A stretch of 63,142 nt of DNA, counting the filler, from Olpidium bornovanus S191 (Eukaryota > Fungi > Olpidiomycota), in the NCBI GenBank assembly GCA_017911155.1. It is 32 parts of 32 records of this genome, joined end to end, with 100 filler letters (N's around TTAATTAATTAA, not from the genome) between each part and the next. Parts side by side here need not be neighbours in the genome. Positions count along the whole stretch, not along the records: positions 1 to 2,133 come from JAEFCI010004678.1; positions 2,234 to 4,393 come from JAEFCI010008549.1; positions 4,494 to 5,799 come from JAEFCI010011398.1; positions 5,900 to 6,899 come from JAEFCI010002789.1; positions 7,000 to 8,026 come from JAEFCI010005231.1; positions 8,127 to 10,063 come from JAEFCI010000983.1; positions 10,164 to 12,850 come from JAEFCI010011249.1; 25 more parts are not named here. One strand, given 5' to 3'. Both the position numbers and the translations under genes were made by a program. Under the pieces are notes generated by a model. It was not told the DNA's origin and did no database searches. It saw only the letters and a program-made list of their open reading frames with translations. Of this stretch, positions 1-10,850 are shown one piece after another; the stretch's first letter is position 1, and each line of letters opens with the position of its first letter.

Positions 1-12
1 CTCTACGCGGAT

Positions 13-62
<50 letters not shown>

Positions 63-128
63 CCCCCCCCCCCCCCCCCTCCCCTCTCTGCCGCCCCGAC
101 GCTCCCCCTCCCAGGCCCTCCTCGACTT

Positions 129-821
129 CTACGCCGCGGGCGAGTTGTGCGCCCTTCTCAGCTCCATCCACCTCTTCCGCCTCTGGCTGACGCGCGGGTC
201 GGCGGGCCGCTCTGCCGCCGGCAGGAGGTCGCCAAGATCCCGCGGCGCGGCAGACGCACGCATGTCGGCGGTGTCGGGCGACGCGCCGGCGGCGGCGTGC
301 GGCAGAACTCTGTTGGTTTTCCTCGACGCGGTGTTAAGCAGGCTCGTGAGGGTGTTGTGGAACAAGCCGGAGCCCGAGTTCCGCGGCTGCAGGATCCGCG
401 ACGGCCGCCCTGCCGGCGTGGCAGTCGGCAGCGAAAACGGCGACTGCGGGCGCGGGCGCAAAAGCGGGCGCTGCGGCGCCTGGGCCGGCGCCGGGGCGGC
501 AGGGCGGCGGCCGCGGCAGCAGCAGCAGCAGCAGCAGCGGCAGGACCGCGGCGGCGGCGGCGGCGGATGCGGCCGGCGAGTCGGCGGTCGGTGCCCGGCA
601 GCAGCAGCGAGCACGGCGTCCGCCTTGGAGTCCGAGGCGTCCCGCGAGAACCTGCGCGCAACAGCCGCCGGTTCGCACGGCGTGGCCGGCGCGGACGACA
701 GCGGCCGTTCTCCCGCAGAGAACCGCAGCAGCGGCGGCTCGTACGGCGACAAGGCGCGGCGCGGGCACAGGCAGTGATGGCGGCACACGTCCGCGGCGGG
801 CGTGGCCGTCGACGTCGGCAT
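129..821 (-). CDS. Hypothetical Pro/Ala/Ser-rich protein (231 codons, MPTSTATPAADV...RRAHNSPAA*)
   Basis: ATG at 821 and TAG at 129-131. Codons on the minus strand are strongly G/C-ending (CCG ACG TCG GCC ACG CCC GCC GCG GAC). No family motif recognised; true exon limits are uncertain. Confidence 0.45.
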   Translation of the reverse strand: MPTSTATPAADVCRHHCLCPRRALSPYEPPLLRFSAGERPLSSAPATPCEPAAVARRFSRDASDSKADAVLAAAAGHRPPTRRPHPPPPPPRSCRCCCCCCCRGRRPAAPAPAQAPQRPLLRPRPQSPFSLPTATPAGRPSRILQPRNSGSGLFHNTLTSLLNTASRKTNRVLPHAAAGASPDTADMRASAAPRDLGDLLPAAERPADPRVSQRRKRWMELRRAHNSPAA

Positions 822-839
822 GGTATGGAGCGAGCGGGC

Positions 840-842
<3 letters not shown>

Positions 843-904
<62 letters not shown>

Positions 905-1034
905 CCGGGAGCCACGGGAAAGTCAGAAAGACCGCCAACCCGGGCTGCGCGAAGCGGCAAGTTTCGGTTGGCGGACTGCAGGTAAGACGACGGGGAGACG
1001 CTCTTTCTCTCTCTCTATCTCTCTCTCTATCTCT

Positions 1035-1063
<29 letters not shown>
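843..1063. repeat. (AG)n microsatellite at ~843-896 and complementary (CT)n tracts at ~1001-1063
   Basis: Directly visible dinucleotide runs. Confidence 0.9.
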
Positions 1064-1069
<6 letters not shown>

Positions 1070-1789
1070 CCCCCCCCTTCCCTTGTCTTTCTCTCTCCCC
1101 GCCCTCCCTCTGCCGTCGCCCTCCCGCTCTTTGGGTTGAGAGAAACCGGAAACCGGGGAAAGCGGGGAGAGCCGTGGCTGAGGGACGGGGGGGGGGGAGG
1201 GGTAGGGTGGGAGGGGATCGATAACGCTTTTCGCCCGGGGTGGTGTGCGCAGGCGGGCGGCGGGGGCGGGCGCGGTGGCGGGGGCGGGGGGGGCCCGGAG
1301 CCGTTTCGCGCGGTCCGCCGAGAAGAGGAAAGGCGGAGGAGGAGGACGATGAGGAGGGAGGAGGAGGACGACGACGACGAGGCGGGCGGGAGGACGGAGA
1401 GTAGACGTAGAGGAGAGAAGAAGCCGGGGCGGGAAAAGAAAGAAAGGGGGCAAAAAACGGGGGGGAAAGAAGGGGAGGGGAAGGAAAGCGGGCGGAGGGG
1501 GGGTAGGGGGAAGAAGTAAGGGGGTGGCGCCGGGGAGGAGGGGGAAAAAAAAAAAAAAAAAAAAGGAATGAGACAGCGGGCGAAACGAACGACGAACCAC
1601 GACGAAACGATGACGAACGACGGCAGCGGCGCCTTTCTCCTTCCACCCCGCCGCTGCCGCTTCCCCCCTCCCCGCCCCCCCTGCCCTGCTCCCTTTTTGC
1701 AAGAACCGATCTCCGACCCCCCTTTGCCTTCCTCGTCAAACCTGCCCCCCGGTCCAACACGCAATGCACGCCAGGCGCCGCGCGTTGGG

Positions 1790-2133
1790 GAGGGGAAAAG
1801 AGGACAGGACAGCTTCCCGATACCCGACAACATCCCCTCGTTCGTGACCGTCCATGTAGACTTCCTTTCCTGCTCTCAGCTTCTTGAAGCCCCAGCTCTT
1901 CAAATATTTCACGACTGTCGAAATTGCGATCTTTCGGTGTTCTCCCAAAACTCGAGGAAAGATGTCGTTCTGCAGTGCTCTGCAATTCTTTTGGGGACCT
2001 TTTGATCAGCTATCTGCTCCTCAACCAAGACAGGCACTCCTCTTTGATATCGTGATCGGCCAGAATCTGTTTGCGTTTTGCGTGGCCTCCTTGCTTGCTG
2101 AAAGGCAGAGTCCTATCCTCCAAGTATTGTTGA
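1790..2133 (-). mobile_element. Degenerate DDE (IS630/Tc1/mariner-like) transposase fragment
   Basis: Minus strand reads QYLEDRTLPFSKQGGHAKRKQILADHDIKEECLSWLRSR*, then after a frameshift LQNDIFPRVLGEHRKIAISTVVKYLKSWGFKKLRAGKEVYMDGHERGDVVGYRE. The HTH-like T..KYLK.WGF plus DGHERxDVVxYR is a motif I recall from fungal and invertebrate DDE transposases. Contains a stop and a frameshift. Confidence 0.65.
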
Positions 2134-2233
2134 NNNNNNNNNNNNNNNNNNNNNNNNNNNNNNNNNNNNNNNNNNNNTTAATTAATTAANNNNNNNNNNN
2201 NNNNNNNNNNNNNNNNNNNNNNNNNNNNNNNNN
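2134..2233. other. Artificial contig linker (44 N + TTAATTAATTAA + 44 N); 31 copies in the window
   Basis: Identical 100-bp unit starting at 2134, 4394, 5800, 6900, 8027, 10064, 12851, 15584, 16932, 19482, 21063, 22468, 24160, 25775, 27522, 29160, 30884, 32378, 34605, 36036, 38782, 41566, 42677, 43795, 45184, 46699, 48247, 51125, 55676, 57084, 58755. Confidence 0.99.
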
Positions 2234-3853
2234 CATGGAGCTTGCTAACCTGACCAGCGCTTTTTTCGCTAGAACGTCCCAACAGACGACTTGGTCATCA
2301 TCGCCAGTTGACGCCAGATATTTGCCATTTGGCGACCAGGCAAAAGCCGTGACGTGCTGAACATCGGGATTTGGGTTTGTTTAGTGTGCCTGAGCACGAG
2401 CGCACTTGATCCTTAGCAAGGAGAGTGACGAAAGGAAAGGATAAACGGCACAACCTTGGGGTGTGCCGCAGGTATCACGCCCTGCTCGGTTCCAGCTTTA
2501 TTGAATAGTACGATGCCTAAACGCGTTCCTTGTGAGACCACAAACGGGGTAACGCCGAACGCGAACCTTCGCACGAAAACCCGCCAACATTTTTTTTTTC
2601 TTTTTTTTTTACCATTTCCCCTTGCGGCAACAAAGACGGCGCCGTCCGGATGCCACGCTACAAATCCGAGTTCAGGACCTCTGGGCAGGGAAGAAAGCCG
2701 AGGTCGTGATTTCGTCCGTTTGTCCCTAGAATTCCGCGCGTGCTTGGACTAGGCCCGTACTGTGGATTTGCCGGGGACATCCCGGTGGAGAGCACCTTGG
2801 CACACGTCGGCGTCCCCGAGATATCCCACACGCGAATCGAGCCGTCGCAACATGCCGATAACTGCCGGAAGCCCGTCAAACATTGGGGGGAGAGAACCGC
2901 CGCTGCAAGAATCGATCCCAAGGTGGACACGTACAAGGATCTTGTCTTGAGGATGAAAGGCCACAGATTTGGTCGAAGTCTGCTGGCCCTGAAGAACAAA
3001 GCTAATCGAAACGTTCTCCACTTCCACAATCTTGATGTCAACCTCGCTGCAACATGTCGCGGAACCCGATTAGGTGTCAACGGTCCGACACCTTCCCTCC
3101 CTCCCCCCCCCTCCCCCCCCCCAAAAAAAAAATAAATAAATAAAAAAGAAGAAAAGAAAACGCGCGGATCGGACACGCAGGAACGCGACGGAGATTCGTG
3201 ACATACTCTGACGCGACAGCGATGCGCTTGCCGTCCGGACTGAAAGCAGCGTGTCGAGTCGGCAGCGAACAGCGCGTGATGATTTTCCGGAACTCCTGCG
3301 TGTTGGCATCAAACAGGGCGACCGACCCGTCTTCGCAGCAGGTGACAAGGTGGTCGGCCTTTTCTCGCGCCCGCGAAGGAGGGCGGCCCAGGCGGCAAGC
3401 CGCCGAAAAAGGACGAACCTGCGTTAACATGCGTGTTTTTTTTTTTCGCGCCGGCCGGCAACAAGGCAAACAAAAAGAAAAAAAAAATCGGATAATGTAC
3501 GTGTGTGGCGATGTAAAAGACGGGCTCGGTATGGTAGTCGATGCTCAGAGCGTTAAGGTCTCGCTTTTCCTCGGAAGTGTAAAAGAGCCGGACAAGGCCG
3601 TCGCTCCCGCCAGTTATACCGAAACTGTTGTCCAACGGACGGGTGGTTATTTTTTTTTCTCCTTCTCCCCGCGTAGGTCAGCCCTTCGCGACCGATGCAG
3701 ACTGGTCGGAGAAAACACCCCGGCTGAAAGGAGGGTGCGCAGCACCGGAGATAGATAATAAACCAAAAGGGGGGTAGGGAGTTACCTCCCGTCAGCCGAA
3801 AACGCGACGGTGGTGTGGCCGTCTGTGTGAGCAAAGCGAGGTTGGATTCCCAT
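2234..3853 (-). CDS. CTF4: Replisome WD40 protein Ctf4/Mcl1/WDHD1 (And-1), multi-exon 5' part, 3'-truncated
   Basis: Exons read MGIQPRFAHTDGHTTVAFSADG / FGITGGSDGLVRLF / HLVTCCEDGSVALFD..FSPDGKRIAVASE / SVAFHPQDKIL / SACCDGSIRVWDIS / AFAWSPNGKYLASTG. These are colinear with the WDHD1 N-terminus (GHTEGHT..GSDGDVRIW..ASCDGSVRVW). GT-AG boundaries, e.g. donor at 3785. Confidence 0.9.
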
Positions 3854-3996
3854 GGTTCCCGCCTGGCTCGGCGCGGGGAAGTTGTCTTTCCTTTGCCTGA
3901 CCCTTGATCGCTGGTGCCGGAGCAGCCCAAGTGCAAGCGGAGAAGCCCTAAAAAACCAAGGCAACAAAAACCTAAAAAATATGACACCAAAAAAAC

Positions 3997-4078
3997 CGAC
4001 ACCGGCAGGATTCGAACCTGCGCTCCCAAAGGGAACTGGCTTTCGAGGCCAGCGCGTTAACCGCTCCGCCACAGTGTC
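3997..4078 (-). tRNA. tRNA-Ser(CGA), 82 nt, intronless
   Basis: Acceptor GACACTG/CGGTGTC; anticodon arm CTGGC-CT CGA AA-GCCAG; long variable arm; T arm GCAGG-TTCGAAT-CCTGC; discriminator G; T-run terminator just downstream. Confidence 0.95.
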
Positions 4079-5353
4079 GTTTAATGCGTTGATGAAAATG
4101 TTTGTCCCCGCCACCCACTCAAGATGGGATTGCAGAAAATCCTTTCCCCCCCCCCCAAACCTCTCGGGCGCTGTTTGACTCCCTGCCAGAGAAACGAGCC
4201 CTGAGGGAAAACCCCGCCCGTCGGACCACACGCGCGGGAGCTCGCTGCCAAAGAGCTCAATTCTCGTAACCTTTACATGAAATACGCTGGGTACGGCGAA
4301 AAAACTGACACCCAATGGAGGTCAGCGCGGCAGTCGTGTATAGCAACAATAGCGAGGCCAAATTTGTCGCTGGTTCTTCCGTCGCGCAAGAAGNNNNNNN
4401 NNNNNNNNNNNNNNNNNNNNNNNNNNNNNNNNNNNNNTTAATTAATTAANNNNNNNNNNNNNNNNNNNNNNNNNNNNNNNNNNNNNNNNNNNNCAAGCGG
4501 GGCGTGAAGGAGGACACGAGGCTATGCGGGACACCGGGCGAAGAAGGGCCACCATTTTGGGGCTACGGTTGATTCGCGCCTCGCCCTAGGCATCGCTCTG
4601 GCGCGAAGGGGGCGTTTGTCGGCGCCCAAATGGTTGCCCGCTGGATCGACGCCTTGCTATTAAATAAAGTCCATCGATTTCCCTTCTCGTATGGGGGGGT
4701 CGACTTGCTTAAATCGATCGCCTTTTCCTTTCGCTTAAATTAATTGCTTTTCTCTTTCGATTCTTTTGTTTTGAATTTCCTCCCCCCCTTTTTCTTCTTA
4801 TTTTTTTCTTCGTCCACGCTCCTACCACTACGCGCAAAAATTCCCCCCGACGTCAAAAGGAAAGAGAGCAAAGTCGAAATTGCCGTCGGGCATTCGGAGG
4901 AGAGGGGTCGGAGACAAAAGCTGCCGTTGGGCAGCCGAAGTTGAAGGAGTTAAGTTTCGAGCGTTCTCCTGCGCCGTCGGGCCAGGAGTAGAAGCGTCCG
5001 TCCACTCGCTGGTTCTTCTGCATCCTTCGGAAGAGAAGCGTCCCGTCCCCCTCGCCCTGCTCTTTCGCAACCCCCCCCTCTGTTACGCGCAAGCCCCCGG
5101 CGGGTTCGGTTCCGCAACCTGCCATCCCATCCCCCGTCCCATCGATCGCCCTTTGCCCTACTCTCCCCGACGACGAAAGGGCTCCAACAAGGCGTTTCGA
5201 TCTCGACACCGCTCCACTCGTTCGGTGGGCGATACATTGGCTACCGTGGCGGCAGGTTTGCATACCCTCTCGGCAGCCAATCCCGCATTGCCCGGCGACT
5301 CCCAATGCAGGATCCAGTGGGCATCTCGTCCACTACAGTCACCTCCCTGGGCT

Positions 5354-5462
5354 TCTCGCCCGTGTCGACCGTTTCGGCCGTAACGACGGTGTCAACCGGC
5401 ATCTCGCCGTCAACGACCGTTTTATCTGTGCCAAAGGTGTCAGCCGGCATCTCGCCGTCATC
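5354..5462 (-). repeat. 48-bp degenerate tandem repeat (~3 copies) encoding a 16-aa acidic repeat (V.DGEMP.DT)
   Basis: GGTGTCA.CCGGCATCTCGCCGTCA at 5388 and 5436, with a partial third copy at 5354; lies in ORF 5241-5483(-). Confidence 0.7.
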
Positions 5463-5983
5463 GACCTGGGCATCAGCAATCATCTCGCAACCTCCATGTG
5501 TGAAATACCACTGGCCTCCACCAGAACACCATCATAAGGGGCGCCTCGCGGAATATTATCCGCGGGAAAAAAGGAAAAAGTATTTCTTTTCTCCAAAGCT
5601 ATATTAGCCACCGCGGGTCCAGCTTGGCCCGCTTCCTATGCTGGGACACCTCGTCCCCTACCGCCGCCGCGACTGCATCCTCTAAATGGGCCACCGCCTG
5701 CGGGCAGATGTGCCACCACCGCTGGCGGGGCAGGCGCTGTGCTATTGCCTGCAGCGCCGCTCTGTGCCGGAGGCACCCAGTTTTGGGCCGCCCACCATGN
5801 NNNNNNNNNNNNNNNNNNNNNNNNNNNNNNNNNNNNNNNNNNNTTAATTAATTAANNNNNNNNNNNNNNNNNNNNNNNNNNNNNNNNNNNNNNNNNNNNT
5901 GGGGGGGGGGGGGGGTGTGGGGGGGGCGCGCGCGGGGCGGTGTGTGGCCGAAAAAAACCCCCCCTTTCTCAAAGAGGGGAGGG

Positions 5984-6024
<41 letters not shown>

Positions 6025-6190
6025 AAGGAAACCACCAGAGAAAAAGAAGAGAAAAAGAAGAGAGAAGGCGCCTCTGCCGTCGCCGCCACATCCCCATCTT
6101 CCCCGTCGTGACTCGGGAGGAGTAGGAGGAGGAGGAGGAGGAGGAGGGCACGGCGACGCCCCCACCCCCACACCCCCCGCCGCTGCGGCC

Positions 6191-6899
6191 ATGAAGTTCG
6201 GCAAGACCCTCCAGCAGAACCAGGTCCCCGATTGGGCCGCCGGCTACGTCAACTACAAGTCCCTGAAGAAGCTCGTCGCGGCCGCCGCCGCCCGCAGGAA
6301 GCAGCTGGGCAACCAGCCGCTGCCCGAAGGCGACCCGCAGCGCGCAGGTGAGAGGGAAAGAGGGTGAGGGCAGAGAGATTGAGAAAGAAAGAGAGAATGA
6401 GAGAGAGAATGGAGAGAGAGAACGAGAGAAAGATCCGCGGGAGAGTCAAACTGGGGCTGGCCGTCCGCCGCCCCCCGACGCCGCCGCCCTCTCGTCCCTC
6501 CTCTTTTTCTCCGTTTACCACCACCTCCCCCCTCCCCCCCCACCCCCTTCCTAACCCGCGTTTACAAACATCCCCTCTCCGGGTGCGGAACGGAAGCGGG
6601 GACGTCGGACGGAGTGAAACGGGCCCGGACGAAGCGGGTCAGGAGACGGAGAGAGAAAGATAGGGAGAAAAGAGAGAGAGAGAGAGACGGCCAACCGGTT
6701 TCGGCAGCCGTCGTCGAAAATTCTCTAAACACCGCATTTCCGCGCGCATCACGTTAACCCCACCTCCCCTCCCCCCCACCTCCCCGCCCTTTTCCACTGC
6801 TCGCTCCAGCGTTCTTCGCCGCGCTCGAAGCGGAGGTCCGCAAGGTCGACGACTTCTTCGTGTTCCTGCGGACCGAGACGATGCAGCGCTGCCACGAAA
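6191..6899 (+). CDS. SPX-domain protein N-terminus (closest recalled match Gde1-type), 3'-truncated
   Basis: Exon 1 6191-6347 MKFGKTLQQNQVPDWAAGYVNYKSLKKLV; exon 2 from 6810 AFFAALEAEVRKVDDFF. Canonical SPX motifs MKFG..W...Y..YK.LKK and FF..L..E..KV..F. Confidence 0.85.
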
Positions 6900-7022
6900 N
6901 NNNNNNNNNNNNNNNNNNNNNNNNNNNNNNNNNNNNNNNNNNNTTAATTAATTAANNNNNNNNNNNNNNNNNNNNNNNNNNNNNNNNNNNNNNNNNNNNA
7001 AAAAAAAAGGGGGGGGGGGAGG

Positions 7023-7053
<31 letters not shown>

Positions 7054-7203
7054 AAAGAATAAAAAACCGGTGTGAGTAGGGAAGATTTCGGAGGAGGACG
7101 CCACAAAGCAAACGGTGTTCCGCGGTCCGACGGCGGGGCCGGAACAGCCCACACCCACACACACACACACACACACGCCCCCCCGCGCGCACGCGCGCCG
7201 CAC

Positions 7204-7392
7204 CTTCCCGATGAACCCCGTGCCTCCGATCAGGAGCACCGCGGGGGAAGCTCCCGGAGCGGCGGCAGGAGAGGAAGGCGAGGAGGAATAAGAAGAAGAC
7301 GCGGGCCGCGACGGCGACGGCGCCCAGGGGAGCAACGGCCGGGCGGGGCGCGCGCCGGCGCGGGCGGCGGCGGCGGCGGCGACGCGTAGCAT
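7204..7392 (-). CDS. First exon of an NAD(P)-binding extended SDR/epimerase-family protein with a mitochondrial presequence-like N-terminus
   Basis: MLRVAAAAAARAGARPARPLL (Arg/Ala-rich, no acidic residues) followed by VLLIGGTGFIGK (GxxGxxG) and a GT donor at 7203. Confidence 0.6.
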
Positions 7393-7909
7393 GGCACGAG
7401 AAATGGCGGCGGGGCGGCGCGCTTCCACGGGGCGAGGGGCAAAAAGGGGCAAAAAGCCCCCCCGGCTGGGTTTCGGGTCGACGGGGCGGGGAATGAACGG
7501 AGGGGTTATAGAGGCGGGGCGTGGCGTCCCGTCCCGTCCCGTCTGCGGGCGCGGGCGCGGGCGGGGCGAGGAGGGAAGGCGCGCGTGCGGCGCGTGCTGA
7601 GAAAAAAAAATAACGCATTTACGGTTTTCGACCGTGTGACGCAACGAAAAAAAAAACACCCCCCCGTCAGCCCCGCCGGAAAACAAAAAAAAAAAAAAAA
7701 AATCTGAACCCCTCTCTGATCCTCGGCTAGCGGCGAGGTAACACCCTTCGCGGTCCCGCGAAACACTTAAGGCCAATCCGCGCGCCCCCCCCCCCCCCTG
7801 CCCCAAACCTGCCTCCGCATCCTCACTTTTTTTTAAGGGGAAGGGGAAGGCGGCTGCTGTTCGGTTAGACCCGGAAGGGGCGAAGGGAGAAAGACGCGGC
7901 CGAGTTTGA

Positions 7910-8026
<117 letters not shown>

Positions 8027-9814
8027 NNNNNNNNNNNNNNNNNNNNNNNNNNNNNNNNNNNNNNNNNNNNTTAATTAATTAANNNNNNNNNNNNNNNNNN
8101 NNNNNNNNNNNNNNNNNNNNNNNNNNATCCTCCCGTGCGACAGCGAGCCGGCGGAGGAAATTATAGGACTCGGCACTTTGTCAGAGCTCGGAGAACCAGG
8201 AATTCCGAGCGCGGGGAGAGATGGCTGCCGGGGCATCGTCGGGGAGTTCGGCGTCTGGTTGTGGTGGGGAAACTGGGCGCATGAGAATGCGGACTTGAAT
8301 ATAACTGTCATTGGCGACGGGGGCGGGACGCGGATCATAGTCGCGATCCTCAGAGCCACCAGGACCACAGTATTGCGTGTCTGACGGCAGGAACAGGAAT
8401 TCCAGGTCGCGGGGATCCGCGGGCAGCCAAAAGGTGGCTGGCCAATTCATGACCTGAAGGAACACCTCGATTATGGAACGGCGAAGTCTGCAAGGAATCG
8501 AACGCGAGGTTATTTGCCAAAGTGGGGTTGCATTATGAAGGAAGGATCGGGACTAACTGGAGAAGGGCAACGCATGCTTCGGTGCTTCCGTCTTCGTGGA
8601 TGGCGCGAAACCTCCACGCGTAATGGATAAAGTGAATCATGCGTCCACGTAAAGTGCATTGACGTTCTGGTGTTGGCCGATCGGCGACGCACGCAGCCGC
8701 GGCAGCAAGCAAGCTGCGGGAATCGCGCAACCGGTGCGCCCAGAAGGCCATGTAGATCTGACGGGTGTTGGCATCGAGACGTCTCCTGGCGAACGGGGCC
8801 GGGGCGGACGCAGGAGCAGCGGACGCAGAGGACGACATCGTGGCTGGGTGGACGGGTGAACGTGTGGGAAACTGAAGTGCGGTGTGGTAACGGCGTGGGG
8901 CGAGTGGCGCAGGTGGAGCCAAATCCGACTCGTTAAAAACCAAACGAGCTGTCAGCCACATGATACACCGTGACTGCCAAAACAAGCTCGTCAGTCCCGG
9001 GGGGCGGCTGTTGTGACGCGTGAAGCTCAAGGCGACTACCGATAAAAGATTGGGCTGAACGCGAGGCTGCGGAAGAAGAAGGATTACGCGTTGTGACTCA
9101 AAACGCGTATGGTTCTCCCCCCCAAAAAATTTTTTTCTTCCGCCCCGCCCTCCAAAAATTTCTGGAACGACCCCCCCACCGAACGCCCACGCGCGGCGAA
9201 AACTCTCGCAGAATAGAACGAACGCGTCCTCGAGTAGCGTTAAAGTCGTAGAGCAAACGAACCCCAGAACGAATAGGAGAGGAAAGGAGAAAGGGAGACG
9301 GAGAGAACGCTCGCGAGAACTGGAATTCAGAGGCTGGGTTTTGGAGTTTCAAGTGCAAGAGCTGGAACAACAACTTTCCACAAGGCCCGGCGCCGCCTGT
9401 CCTCAACTGCCCACCTATTTCCCCAAAAACGCGCAACCACTATACTTCGGGAGGGCCGTGCCGACGCACGACCGACCTCGTTCACGTCGGGGGGGGGGGG
9501 GGTGCCCGAACTCGGGTTTCCTTTTTTTGTGTGCGTTGCGTTCGACGTCGAGGTTTTTGCGTTGGGAAGAAAAAAAAAATTGGTGGCAAAACCAAAACAC
9601 TTCGAACAAGTGGACGGCATCGCCGCATGTGACCCCGATAGGCAAAAGTAAATAGACGGGCGCAAGCGAGCAAAATAATGCAAGACGAGCAAAAAGTGCA
9701 AAAAGTGCAAAAGGAGCGAAGCCGGAGGCAAATCGAGGGGAACGGGGTTCGAAGGTAGGGTAATCGAAGTCGGGGTCGATGTCCGCCAAGGCCATTTTGG
9801 GCGCCGACAACGGA

Positions 9815-10063
9815 AATGGAGACCCCACGTGCGAGAATGCGTAGTGATGTCGTCAATGAAGACGGCCACAAATCGACCAGAGTTCTGCAGCAAAGACCTT
9901 GGTCATGAGGCGGCTGGACCTGGTGGGTACGCCCGTGTAGCCCATGGGAGCGACACGCCATTGTTTGCTGCCAAAGGGAGTAGAAAACGCAGTGTACTCG
10001 CGGGAGGAAGCAGACAGCAACCATTGCCAAAAGCCCGAAAGAAGATCAAACGTGGTCAGAAAG
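9815..10063 (-). mobile_element. Degenerate Ty3/gypsy reverse transcriptase fragment
   Basis: FLTTFDLLSGFWQW...EYTAFSTPFGSKQWRVAPMG...RLMTKVF, then after a frameshift GRFVAVFIDDITTHSRTWGLH. Matches gypsy RT motifs (DL.SGFWQ, TAF.TP.G, YxDD-like FIDD). Confidence 0.8.
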
Positions 10064-10850
10064 NNNNNNNNNNNNNNNNNNNNNNNNNNNNNNNNNNNNN
10101 NNNNNNNTTAATTAATTAANNNNNNNNNNNNNNNNNNNNNNNNNNNNNNNNNNNNNNNNNNNNCATGGACCCCGTTCGTTCGCAGTGAGGGCCGACGGGG
10201 TGGCCAGAGCTCTAAAAGGAAAACCACCCCTAAAAGAGGAAAATCAGCCGCCTGTTTGTTAACTTTGCAGGCACTGTCAACATCACGGAAAATTCCACCA
10301 GGTCAGGCTAGCTGTTGCTTAAAGCCGGCATCTTCAACAGTGACTCTGTTACATTCGCTGATGACGGGAAACTTATGGCTGGGAACAGAGCAGAGATCAA
10401 CGCAGATGCAGACGTACGGGACTTGACGAGGGTTTTTCCAAAAATTTTCAGCTTATCACTGTGTGAGGCCCGACGGCAACCAACCACAGGTAGCGGCTTT
10501 CGTCCAGGAGGCAACCAAAGCAATCACACAAATACCGCGTCCTGCTACAGCCAATTGAACACTCTGTGCACTATTTTCTGAACTTAGGAGGCACCAGGGC
10601 CTTCCGGTACAGTTAATGCGACAAGCTCGTCCCTACTGCAGCCTGCGGCAAAATTCGCGGCGAGGGAAACGTTCTCTCGGGGTGAAATTCACCGAAACAA
10701 ACGCCCCTTTGAATGGGCGACGCGCTGCCGTTCCCGCCTTTGCATGCAACGCGTTTTTTATTTTTATAAAAAAAACCGCCCCCGTTCCGCGCGAGAGCCA
10801 GACCGTTAACTCTCAAAGCGCCGCCCACTCCCTCCGGTCTACCAGCGAAC

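Noticed and set aside
129-1985. 618-aa ORF and the many overlapping Arg/Gly/Pro-rich ORFs in GC-rich or homopolymer regions
   Set aside because: They read through microsatellites and T-runs (LSLSLS, FFFFF). High GC suppresses stop codons, so these are shadow frames; only 129-821 was retained.
3782-4315. tRNA-Ser apparently inside the CTF4 ORF or intron
   Set aside because: Homology to WDHD1 begins at the ATG at 3853. The tRNA is upstream, and the longer ORF is read-through.
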